A stretch of 35,721 nt of DNA from Bdellovibrionales bacterium (lineage in GTDB: Bacteria > Bdellovibrionota > Bdellovibrionia > Bdellovibrionales > UBA1609). Every line of letters begins with the position of its first letter. Positions within the stretch are counted from its first letter, which is position 1. Below, piece after piece: positions 18,551-27,228 of this stretch. Position numbers and translations under genes: made by a program. The stretch covers positions 1-35,721 of the forward strand of contig JBFWVI010000033.1 of assembly GCA_050246815.1 (NCBI GenBank), given 5' to 3'. The notes under the pieces were generated by a model. The model saw only the letters and a program-made list of their open reading frames with translations. It had not been told where the DNA came from and did no database searches.

Positions 18551-19201
18551 ATGGGGATGGGCGAGTACTTTGACATTACCCCGGTGATCAGTGAACGCAT
18601 GGCCGTATTTCCAGGTGATCAGCCTTTTCGCCGTCAATTGGCTATGAGTTTTGGTCAGGGTAATCATCTGGAGCTTTCGTCCGTGCAAACCACTGTTCAC
18701 CTGGGCGCCCATGCCGACGCCCCAAGTCACTACACGGCAGATGGGGTGGGAATACATGAGCGCGATTTAAGTCTTTATATGGGGGCCTGTCAGGTGGTTC
18801 GTGTCGTGTTGAAGCGGGGGGCTCGCATCCGGCCAAGCGATGTTGTAGGTCTTAAAGTGCAGGCCGAACGGGTTTTATTTTATACGGGCTCTTATCCGAA
18901 CCCCGATCAATGGAATGAAGATTTTAATAGCCTGTCCCCAGAGCTAATCGAGATGTTATATAAACAAGGCGTTCGTTTGGTTGGAATCGACACACCATCT
19001 ATTGATCCTGCAGCGGCTAAGGATTTGCTCAGTCATCATGCAGTTGCCCGTCATGATATGGCGATCTTAGAGGGTGTTGTTTTGGAAAAGGTTCCCGAGG
19101 GGCTTTATACTTTGATTGCTTTGCCGCTGCGACTTGCGGGATTAGACGCTTCGCCAGTTAGGGCGATTTTGCTGAAAAGAACTGCAGCCTTGGGTTTATA
19201 G
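18551..19201 (+). CDS. kynB: Kynurenine formamidase (cyclase family)
   Basis: VFPGD, HLGAHADAPSH, LVGIDTPSID, ILEG, DASPVRA; adjacent to tryptophan 2,3-dioxygenase. Confidence 0.88.
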   Translation: MGMGEYFDITPVISERMAVFPGDQPFRRQLAMSFGQGNHLELSSVQTTVHLGAHADAPSHYTADGVGIHERDLSLYMGACQVVRVVLKRGARIRPSDVVGLKVQAERVLFYTGSYPNPDQWNEDFNSLSPELIEMLYKQGVRLVGIDTPSIDPAAAKDLLSHHAVARHDMAILEGVVLEKVPEGLYTLIALPLRLAGLDASPVRAILLKRTAALGL

Positions 19202-19204
19202 GCT

Positions 19205-20305
19205 TCAGCTTTCTTTAGTTGAATAATAAAATCCAAGTTCCTTCGTCATGCCGGGCGTGAGCGAAGGCAAAACCGATCTTGGGATAAAGAATGTAGTCAG
19301 CTGATTTAAGTCGCGGAATAGTCGATGCTGATCCGTCGCCGCCTTAAGGTAATCGTATCCCGATGAGCCGCCGGTGCCAATTTTCGATCCCAACATCCTT
19401 TTGGCCATTAAAGCGTGGCGATAGCGCCAGTTGGTCATCAATTCATCCAAATCAATGAGTGCAGTTAAAAGGCGGAAGGGTTGTTGCAGGACGGGTTGAT
19501 CGCGATAGACCTGAATAAAAAGAGCGGCATGGATGGCCTTAAAAGACATTCGCCAAGTGCCCTGTTTTTTAGCCTCTTTGAATGCGGTTTCATCGAACAA
19601 GGCGGCGAAAGATTTTTCGGCTTCGGCAATAATCTTAAGGTTTCTTTCTTGATCCTGCGGGCCGAGATCTTTGTGGTTGGCGACGATTTCACGGTCGCGT
19701 TCAAACATTTCTTTTACGGCCGTGGCGTAACTTTTCCAGAAGTCAAAGCCTGCAACATTCAAGAAAGGTGTGCGTTCGAGCCATTTTTCTATGCATTCGA
19801 GCAGACTTGCTGAATTCTCAAGTTTTTGCATAATCGCCGCTTGATCTGGTTTCAAAGAGTTTAAGTAAGACTGTGAGTTGTAATTCAGGCGTTGGCCGGC
19901 CTTTAACCCAAGTCTGGTTTCAAGTTGACGAAACTGAAAACTTTGAAAACCGCTGGCGGGCACGAGCATGTCACGAAAATCCAAGAAATCAAGGGGTGTC
20001 ATGGTTTCAAGGATATTGATCTGATCGATCAACAATTTAAAGATCTCATTCATGCGACTGAGACGATGGGTCACCAGGCCCATTTCACTTTCGGCCACTT
20101 GCTCTTGGTTTAAAGTTTCAACAACGGAAGTCACTTCGTGCAGCAACTGCTTAAACCAAAGCTCATAAACCTGGTGAATCACGATGAAAAGCGTTTCGTC
20201 GTGGGCGGGCTGGTTGTACTCGACGCTTTTCGGCGATTGCGCGTTTAGAATTTTATCGAGCGCCAGATAGTCGTGATAATGAATTTTAGGGTAGCGACCG
20301 GCCAT
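19205..20305 (-). CDS. kynA: Tryptophan 2,3-dioxygenase (long form)
   Basis: YHDYL, HDETLFIVIHQVYELWFKQ, PASGFQSFQFR, WRYRH, KIGTGGSSGYDYL; AAGGAG RBS. Confidence 0.96.
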   Translation of the reverse strand: MAGRYPKIHYHDYLALDKILNAQSPKSVEYNQPAHDETLFIVIHQVYELWFKQLLHEVTSVVETLNQEQVAESEMGLVTHRLSRMNEIFKLLIDQINILETMTPLDFLDFRDMLVPASGFQSFQFRQLETRLGLKAGQRLNYNSQSYLNSLKPDQAAIMQKLENSASLLECIEKWLERTPFLNVAGFDFWKSYATAVKEMFERDREIVANHKDLGPQDQERNLKIIAEAEKSFAALFDETAFKEAKKQGTWRMSFKAIHAALFIQVYRDQPVLQQPFRLLTALIDLDELMTNWRYRHALMAKRMLGSKIGTGGSSGYDYLKAATDQHRLFRDLNQLTTFFIPRSVLPSLTPGMTKELGFYYSTKES

Positions 20306-20314
20306 AGCGTCTCC

Positions 20315-21355
20315 TTAAACCTTTTGGTTCAAACTTAATTCCAATAAGGTTTGACGAAAGAGTTCAATATCAGAGCTTTGATTGTCATGACTGAGCATCA
20401 GGCGCACCACCCATTCGTTCTCGTCCCAGACATAAAAAAAACAAGTGTCTTTCAGTTTTGAAGTCCAGGATTTGGGTATGCGGGCAAAGACGGCGTTGCT
20501 TTGTGTATTTTGCGTCACTTGAACCTGCGGGATATCGGACAGGGCTTGCCTCAGCTCTTGTGCAAGATTTAAAGAGCGAAGGGCGATCTTTTTCCAAAGG
20601 TCGTTTTCAAGGTAGGCGATAAACTGGGCGGCCACATAACGCAATTTCGAGGGCAATTGCATTTCTTGTTTTTGAATGTACTTAAAATGCTCTGGGTTAC
20701 GGCCGAAAAATAAAACCGCCTCGCCGCCAAGTAGGCCATTCTTAGTGCCACCTAAAGAGAGGGCGTCGATTCCGATGTCGCTTGTAATCTGTTTTAAAGT
20801 GCAATTTAAGTGAGCGGCGGCGTTGGCCAGGCGGGCTCCATCCACATGTAACATAAGATTTTTTTGGCGAGTAAACGCCCTGAGCTCACGCATCTCTTCA
20901 AGAGTGTAAACGGTGCCAAGTTCTGTGGGTTGCGTGATTGAAACCAGGCGGGGCTGCACGGCGTGCTGGTCGCCCCTACGAATCAAAAGCGGTTCAATAT
21001 CCTGAGGGCGCAGCTTGCCGTCCACGCTTTTAACGGTGATCACCTTATGACCGCCGTGAAATTCGGGTGCACCACATTCATCCACGGCTAAGTGCGAGCT
21101 TTCTGTCGTGATGACGGCTTCATGTGAGGCCAGTAAGGCGCGCAAACACAAGACATTGGCCGCAGTGCCGTTGAAGACGAAGTAGGCGTGTATGTCGTCA
21201 CCGAAGTGTTGGCGTAACAAAAGCCGTGCTTTACCGGTGACATCATCTTGACCGTAGGCCGCGGCGTGACCTTGATTCACTTTCAACAAAGCTTCGATGA
21301 TTTCTGGATGAATGCTGGCGTGGTTGTCACTGCCAAAACCGCGTTTGAAAATCAT
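20315..21355 (-). CDS. ltaE: Low-specificity L-threonine aldolase (PLP)
   Basis: FGSDN, AYGQD, FNGTAAN, DECGAPE, TELGTVY, HVDGAR, GGTKNG. Confidence 0.88.
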   Translation of the reverse strand: MIFKRGFGSDNHASIHPEIIEALLKVNQGHAAAYGQDDVTGKARLLLRQHFGDDIHAYFVFNGTAANVLCLRALLASHEAVITTESSHLAVDECGAPEFHGGHKVITVKSVDGKLRPQDIEPLLIRRGDQHAVQPRLVSITQPTELGTVYTLEEMRELRAFTRQKNLMLHVDGARLANAAAHLNCTLKQITSDIGIDALSLGGTKNGLLGGEAVLFFGRNPEHFKYIQKQEMQLPSKLRYVAAQFIAYLENDLWKKIALRSLNLAQELRQALSDIPQVQVTQNTQSNAVFARIPKSWTSKLKDTCFFYVWDENEWVVRLMLSHDNQSSDIELFRQTLLELSLNQKV

Positions 21356-22311
21356 ATGAGTGGCCTTGAGGCATGAATAAGACGATGAATAAGCAGTGCG
21401 GCTAAACGGGAAGTGCGATCATCCACATCGAAAGGGGGGGAGGTTTCGTAAACGCCGAGACCATAAACCTGGTTTTTTTCACAGATAAAGTCGAGAGTCG
21501 GCAAAACGTCGTTGGGAGTGAGGCCTGTGGCCCAGCTTTGGCTGCAGCCAGGCGCGTAGGCCGAAGCAAACGCATCCATGTCGAAGCTGATCCAGGTCGG
21601 CCGATTTGCATTGCAATGGGGAAGCAAAAATTTTTGTATGCTGGCGCGGGGCGAAGATTCAGATTTTAAAATATCATTCAACGTGAGTATATGGCCGCCA
21701 CGTGCTTTAAGCCATTCCAAGTGCGCCTTCGCATTGCATTGGCTTTGCATACCAATTTCAATCAAGTCAAAATTTGAAAATTCCTCAAGCAGCCGTCGAA
21801 AAGGCGTGCCCGAGTTAAAGCCTTTGTCTATCGGGCGCACATCTAAGTGTGAATCAAAGTTGATCAGCAGTGGGCGAACGTCGGTTTGCTGAAAGTGCGA
21901 TAAAAAGCCAAGGCCATCGGCGTAACCGTAGTCGTGACCGCCTCCCAAGGCTAGCCATCGCCCACCTTTTTTAAAAACCAGTGCCGCCAATTCGCCGGCC
22001 CATTTGTGACGCTCGGCCAAGGGCAGATCAAGTGGCAGATTGCCCAAATCATGAATAGGTTGGGCGTGGGGCTGCAGAAGGTCAGGGGTCATGCGGTAAA
22101 GATGATGGCGGATAACGTTTGGCGCTAGAGATGCGCCCGGTCGACCGTGATTAAGACGAATACCTTCGTCGTCTGGATAACCAAGAAGATACCAGTGTTG
22201 TGCGGCGACCTCCGCGACCTGACCTGGGCGAGCCATCTGACCCATTCGCGGGTCAGTCGAATCAGCAGATGAAAAGAAAAGCTCGAGCGGAGTGGGTTTT
22301 AAAGCCTTCAT
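21352..22311 (-). CDS. hutG: Formimidoylglutamase (arginase family)
   Basis: DEGIRLNHGRPGA, GGGHD, INFDSHLDVR, NSGTPF, SFDMDAF, APGCS. Confidence 0.9.
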   Translation of the reverse strand: MKALKPTPLELFFSSADSTDPRMGQMARPGQVAEVAAQHWYLLGYPDDEGIRLNHGRPGASLAPNVIRHHLYRMTPDLLQPHAQPIHDLGNLPLDLPLAERHKWAGELAALVFKKGGRWLALGGGHDYGYADGLGFLSHFQQTDVRPLLINFDSHLDVRPIDKGFNSGTPFRRLLEEFSNFDLIEIGMQSQCNAKAHLEWLKARGGHILTLNDILKSESSPRASIQKFLLPHCNANRPTWISFDMDAFASAYAPGCSQSWATGLTPNDVLPTLDFICEKNQVYGLGVYETSPPFDVDDRTSRLAALLIHRLIHASRPLI

Positions 22312-22874
22312 TTGTGGGCCATACGTTTAAGGTTGATCGGTTCATGAGGCTTTTCTGAGCTCCAAAACTCCATGTCCAATTTTTTAGCTGTCGCCTTCAG
22401 GCGTCCTGTAAGCGGGCGGCCTTGTCGCACCATAAACAAAGACCAGTGCTGTCTTTCGTAGGGTGCGAGCGCGTAGTCAATTTTATACGCCGGCGCCAAC
22501 TGTTTGGTTTTTTTATCCATTTGATGCCAGTAGATATGATTGAAGTCCTTGATTTCCACAGCGCTTCCATCAGCCGCAATCCACCAGCCCAGAATTCGTT
22601 TTAAGCCCACAAATTGAATTTCATGCACCAGCATCAGGTCTGTGCGCAGCACACCACTGGCGATCAAATAGTCTTGGTTACGCAGCTGTCGCAAGGCGCC
22701 TGTAATTTGTTGAGTCGCTCCATTGAGGCGAATGCGAGAACCGTCTTTTTGTATGAGCCAATAGGTCGAGTTTCGAATATTGACGGTGCCCGTAAGCTCT
22801 ATGCCCGCCGCATAATTTGCGCCAAGCATAAGGTAAAAGCCACAGAATAGAATCAGGAATAAGTTTCGTTGCAT
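22308..22874 (-). CDS. Exported hypothetical protein, first gene of the hutG-ltaE-kynA run
   Basis: Signal peptide; stop overlaps the hutG start (ATGA). Confidence 0.75.
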   Translation of the reverse strand: MQRNLFLILFCGFYLMLGANYAAGIELTGTVNIRNSTYWLIQKDGSRIRLNGATQQITGALRQLRNQDYLIASGVLRTDLMLVHEIQFVGLKRILGWWIAADGSAVEIKDFNHIYWHQMDKKTKQLAPAYKIDYALAPYERQHWSLFMVRQGRPLTGRLKATAKKLDMEFWSSEKPHEPINLKRMAHK

Positions 22875-22983
22875 GCTCAGACATTTTTAGGTCATGCAAA
22901 AATAGAGGAGCAACACCTATTTACCTTCGATAATGCTATGCATAATTGCTCCTCAAATGGTTTACGACATAGTGCAATAGGAC

Positions 22984-23439
22984 ATGGCTCATCTAGAAAT
23001 ATCGGCAATTGTTCCTGGTCCACGTTCAGAAGTGTTTGAGGTCGTTTGTGCGCCCGAAAAGTTGGCTCTTTTGCTGGCGGATCGAATTGATGTGCAGATG
23101 ACTCGTAGCGCCGAGGCCTTGAGGCGTGGCGCAGAGTATGAATTTTTAATGACACGTTTTGGTTTTTCGCAACCGGTACGGTTGAAAGTGGAAGATTATT
23201 TAAAGGGTAGCCGATTGACCTATCGCCAATCAGAAGGGCTTTTTGCAGATTGGGTGCATACGATTAAGCTTGAAGACCATGGTGAAAATCAAACCCTGGT
23301 CACTGATTATGTCGACTACAAAGTGCCATTTGGACTGGTTGGTTACTTGGCAGACGATCTTTTTGTTCGGCGTGATATGCGTCAGATTTTGGCCAATCGT
23401 TTGAATCAAGCCAAAGCCATTTTCACAAAAAAAAATTAA
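22984..23439 (+). CDS. SRPBCC / polyketide-cyclase-like protein
   Basis: QSEGLFADWVHT, TLVTDYVDYKVPFGLVG. Confidence 0.82.
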   Translation: MAHLEISAIVPGPRSEVFEVVCAPEKLALLLADRIDVQMTRSAEALRRGAEYEFLMTRFGFSQPVRLKVEDYLKGSRLTYRQSEGLFADWVHTIKLEDHGENQTLVTDYVDYKVPFGLVGYLADDLFVRRDMRQILANRLNQAKAIFTKKN

Positions 23440-24389
23440 ACCACGCCCTTTTGCTTCAAAAGGGCCGCGAGTCCCTGGATCATGGACAAGGGATGAAGAC
23501 CGACTTTGTCTATCAAAAGCTTTTTTACGGCTTCTTTGGGGGTTATGCCTTCATAGGTGATCAGCCGATCATAAGAATCCGCCACTGAAGCGATTAAAAC
23601 CATGGGGTGAAGATCGGCCTCTTTGAGTTTGTCGGGAAAACCTGAGCCGTTAATTTGCTCGTGGTGAAAGCGCATGATCTTTAAAACCAATTGATCATAA
23701 AATTTAGTTTCCTGAACTCGGGCAACGCCTGCATCCGAGTGTTTGCGATAGAGGTCTATTTCTTGAGGGGTCATGTCCCCTAGGGGACGATTGATATCCA
23801 ACCCGCTGTGCATGTGTTCAATGTCGTGGAGCAGGCAGCCCGTCGCAAGCAAATGCAAAATGGAAGTCTCTTTGTGGCCCAAGTGGGTGGCCAGACTGAT
23901 GGCGAGCGAGGCCACGTTGACCCCATGATGGGCCACGCTGCTATTGTCGTTTTTGATATTCAGGACGCATTTTAGAGCCTGGTCCTCTTGTAATACAAAT
24001 TCGACGTACTTGCCGGTGTCGGTTTTGAAAACCTCGTAGTGGATTTTGCTGTCCGGGTTTTCTAACACATCTTCGGTTGCGGCCTGCTGCAGCCCCTGTA
24101 CGATTTGAGCGCGGGTTTCAATCGGCTTGCCAGCGCTTTTGCGATAGGCCAAATCAATGTTTTTAGACAGGTAGGCGCGATAATAAGTCTCTGCGGCGGT
24201 TCGAATGAAAAGCTGTTTGATTTTTTTCTCTTTTAGGCGTTCTAAGCGGGTCTCGTCAAAACTGTCGCCTTGACGGCAATAAAGGATGTGTTTTCCGGCC
24301 ACACGCACGAACACGTCAAATAGCGTGGGTTGATCTCCCCTCAGAGTGCTAACCCGGATCGGGATAAAGTCGTTCTCCGTTGGACTCAA
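23436..24389 (-). CDS. HD-GYP-family protein with a degenerate motif
   Basis: HHGVNVA, LLHDIEH, HHEQINGSGFP, VADSYD; TTG start after AGGAG. Confidence 0.85.
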   Translation of the reverse strand: MSPTENDFIPIRVSTLRGDQPTLFDVFVRVAGKHILYCRQGDSFDETRLERLKEKKIKQLFIRTAAETYYRAYLSKNIDLAYRKSAGKPIETRAQIVQGLQQAATEDVLENPDSKIHYEVFKTDTGKYVEFVLQEDQALKCVLNIKNDNSSVAHHGVNVASLAISLATHLGHKETSILHLLATGCLLHDIEHMHSGLDINRPLGDMTPQEIDLYRKHSDAGVARVQETKFYDQLVLKIMRFHHEQINGSGFPDKLKEADLHPMVLIASVADSYDRLITYEGITPKEAVKKLLIDKVGLHPLSMIQGLAALLKQKGVV

Positions 24390-24416
24390 GCAAATCTCCT
24401 GGCTACAATTTTAAGT

Positions 24417-24908
24417 ATGACCGATCTAATGCGTGAATTCCAAGCCGAGAGTTTAGGCTTAGTGGAACAAATGCTGGAATTGCTTGAGACTTGCGAGTCC
24501 GGGAGCGGTGAGCCAATTCAGTTGGAAAAGTTTGGCCAATACGCCGACCGCATCATGGGTGCTTCTAGGCAATTGCTCACCCAGCGTGAGGGCGATGCCC
24601 TCGTACTGGGGGTTGTGGCTCAGCTGGCCGAGCTATGTAAGGTTTTGGGATATAAAACTGCTCAGTTGGCTGCTGAGCACGGACTGTGGCCCGTGGCGGT
24701 GGGTGTGCTGCTGGACGCCAATGAAGAGTTGCGTCGCCTGATTGTCGAGGTCAGCGGGGCTTCGTCGAAGACCAATGTGGCCCAGGCTCTGCTTGAACGC
24801 CTGAATTGGCTCAATCAGCAGTTTTCGGCGAGTATCGGCGGCGGCGTTCCTATGAGTCAGGTGGAGCAGATGATCGATCAGTTGAAAGGGATGAAAAAGC
24901 CTCAATAG
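24417..24908 (+). CDS. Hpt-like four-helix protein lacking the phospho-accepting His
   Basis: Start moved to ATG 24417; DLMREFQAES...EKFGQYADRIMGASRQL resembles CheA P1/Hpt (FRxAHTIKG) with D in place of H. Confidence 0.65.
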   Translation: MTDLMREFQAESLGLVEQMLELLETCESGSGEPIQLEKFGQYADRIMGASRQLLTQREGDALVLGVVAQLAELCKVLGYKTAQLAAEHGLWPVAVGVLLDANEELRRLIVEVSGASSKTNVAQALLERLNWLNQQFSASIGGGVPMSQVEQMIDQLKGMKKPQ

Positions 24909-25926
24909 CCCACTGACTTAACTCCAGGAGTTCAGGGTGATCTTGACCGGCCTGATGAATTTCTGCTGATAATTCATAGCACTCATAATGCGCGGCCACT
25001 AAAATGGCATTGCGTTTTAGGCCGCGGCCACCAGCCCGGGTCAGCGGGGAGCCCAGAAAAATTCGACTTAGTTTTTTATTGGAAGAGTTTAGAATTAGTC
25101 GCAGGTCATTTAAGAGCTCCTCGCGCGATTCGTCTGAATATGTGCGAGGCTTGAATTTCTGGCCCAACACCTTTTCGTTCCAAGGGCAGACCTGTTGACA
25201 GATGTCACAACCAAAAAACCATTCACCGATTTTTTTGCGCAGGGGTTCGGGTGGGACTTCTCTGGATTCGATGGTCCAATACGAAATGCAAAGTCGCGCA
25301 TCCAACACTTTGGGTTCCGTGATCGCGCTTGTTGGGCAGGCCTCAATACAACGGCGGCAACTGCCGCAGTGATCGGACTGGGGCTCAACAAAAGCAGTTA
25401 AATCAAGGCTGGTGTAGATCTCACCCAACAAAAAGAAACTGCCGCGCCTCGGGTGAATCAGGCAGGTGTTTTTGCCGAACCAACCTAAACCTGCGCGCTG
25501 TGCCAGGTCTCGTTCGAGCACGGGGTGCGAGTCGCTCATTCCAAGGAAGACGTCATTTGGATAGAGTTTTTGCAGATCTGCAATGAGAGCATCCAGTTGT
25601 GAGCGAAGCCAAAAGTGATAATCGAGCCCCTTTGCATAAGCCGCGATGGGCAATTGCTTTAGAGGCCAATCGGGGTGCGGGGCTGGATGGGGTTTGTAAT
25701 TGACGGCTACGACCAGACTCGAACGAGCCTTTGGCAATAAAGTTTGTGGCACCTGTTTTTGTGGCAAATGCAGGGTCAAATAGGTCATTTCGCCGTGCTT
25801 GCCGGCTTGCAGCCATTGGCGGTAAATTTCAAAGGTGTGGGGGGTCGTAAGAGTGGCCGTGCCCCACCAGGGGAACTGATGTTTGGTCATCAGATCACGC
25901 AAATTGGAATCGGTGGCCATGTTCAT
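24850..25926 (-). CDS. queG: tRNA epoxyqueuosine(34) reductase
   Basis: YAKGLDYH, PVLERDLAQRAGLGWFGKN, CGSCRRCIEACPT, CISYWTIE, FGCDICQQVCPWN. Confidence 0.96.
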   Translation of the reverse strand: MNMATDSNLRDLMTKHQFPWWGTATLTTPHTFEIYRQWLQAGKHGEMTYLTLHLPQKQVPQTLLPKARSSLVVAVNYKPHPAPHPDWPLKQLPIAAYAKGLDYHFWLRSQLDALIADLQKLYPNDVFLGMSDSHPVLERDLAQRAGLGWFGKNTCLIHPRRGSFFLLGEIYTSLDLTAFVEPQSDHCGSCRRCIEACPTSAITEPKVLDARLCISYWTIESREVPPEPLRKKIGEWFFGCDICQQVCPWNEKVLGQKFKPRTYSDESREELLNDLRLILNSSNKKLSRIFLGSPLTRAGGRGLKRNAILVAAHYECYELSAEIHQAGQDHPELLELSQWAIEAFSSLSTDRSSAPPDS

Positions 25927-25949
25927 GTCGATGTTGTACTCCTTAAAGA

Positions 25950-27209
25950 ATGAGTTCGTCTATGCAAGCTTCTTTTGAACAGCACCCCAATTGGCCACGA
26001 GTTTCGGCTGTGATTCGAAAAATTGCCCAAGCGGGGCACGAGGTTGTGTTGGCCGGAGGTTGCGTTCGCGATGCTTGGCTGAAGAAAAATTTCCATGATT
26101 TTGACGTGGCGACTTCGGCCACGCCGGATCAGGTGCAAGCCCTGTTTGAAAAAACAGTGGCCGTAGGCAAGGCATTTGGCGTGATCATGGTGGTGCAAGA
26201 CGGTTTGGCGATCGAGGTTGCCACCTTTCGTCGCGATGGTGGTTATCAGGACGGACGTCATCCAACGGATGTGCACTTTTCAAGTCTTCGTGAGGATGCG
26301 CTTCGTCGCGATTTCACGATCAATGCTCTTTATTACCGGGTAAAAGAGAAAAAAATAGTCGATTTGGTGGGTGGAGTTGAAGATCTGCAAAAACGCCGAA
26401 TCTGTGCCGTGGGTGACCCGCAAAAACGCTTTGCTGAAGATCGTTTGAGAATTTTAAGGGCGGTGCGTTTTGCCGCTCAGCTTGATTTTGAAATTGAGTC
26501 GAGTACTTGGCGGGCCGTGGTGCAGATGAATTCAGGTGTTAGTCAGGTGGCGCGTGAAAGGCAAATCGAAGAGCTGCGCAAGCTTTGTCAAGGCCAAGCC
26601 TTTTCAAAAGGATGGACTTTGCTCGAACAAAGTCATTTGTTGAAGCGATTGCTTCCACGCTTAGCGGAGCTGGTGGAGGAGAAAACTTCAGAATGGTTCA
26701 AGGCTGTAAGTGAGCTTTGTCATTTTGAGGTTCCGCCGCCGTTTCATCTGCAATTGGCGTGGATGTTTTATGCTTTGAATGAAGGTGAGGCTGAACGTTT
26801 TGTCTTGGCTGATCTGAAAAATCTAAAAGCCACTTTGCAAGAGACGACACAAGCGCAGCACTTTATTTTGGGGCTTTTTCGTTTGCTGGACCCCGATTTG
26901 CGCATGGCAAAGCGACTTCGTCTTTTAGACACGGCCTTGGGGCCGTGGTTTCTTGAGTTTTGGCCAAGGGCAAAGCCTAAACAGTTGCCAATTCTGGGGG
27001 ACACGTTGGCCCTTTTTAGGCGTTTGATGGACAAACAAGGGCGCTTGCCCCAAGCCTTAATTCGTGGCACGGATTTGCTGGAATTGGGGTTTAAGCCCGG
27101 CGCAGAATTGGGAAGGGTTTTAAATGAATCCTACAGTCTGCAGTTGGAGCGAGGTTGGGGCAGGCCGCAACTATTGCAGTGGCTCAAAGGGCTTCCTTCT
27201 AGGTCCTGA
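25950..27209 (+). CDS. cca: CCA tRNA nucleotidyltransferase (class II, no HD domain)
   Basis: GGCVRD, DFDVAT, EVATFR, RRDFTIN, EDRLRILRAVRF, GFKPG; lacks the G[RK][RK]F poly(A) polymerase signature. Confidence 0.88.
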   Translation: MSSSMQASFEQHPNWPRVSAVIRKIAQAGHEVVLAGGCVRDAWLKKNFHDFDVATSATPDQVQALFEKTVAVGKAFGVIMVVQDGLAIEVATFRRDGGYQDGRHPTDVHFSSLREDALRRDFTINALYYRVKEKKIVDLVGGVEDLQKRRICAVGDPQKRFAEDRLRILRAVRFAAQLDFEIESSTWRAVVQMNSGVSQVARERQIEELRKLCQGQAFSKGWTLLEQSHLLKRLLPRLAELVEEKTSEWFKAVSELCHFEVPPPFHLQLAWMFYALNEGEAERFVLADLKNLKATLQETTQAQHFILGLFRLLDPDLRMAKRLRLLDTALGPWFLEFWPRAKPKQLPILGDTLALFRRLMDKQGRLPQALIRGTDLLELGFKPGAELGRVLNESYSLQLERGWGRPQLLQWLKGLPSRS

Positions 27210-27228
27210 TCTTGCTAGTCATGTGGGC

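Noticed and set aside
25950..27209. Poly(A) polymerase (pcnB)
   Set aside because: Has VGKAFG instead of the G[RK][RK]F signature and a CCA-type C-terminus; an A-adding-only enzyme cannot be excluded
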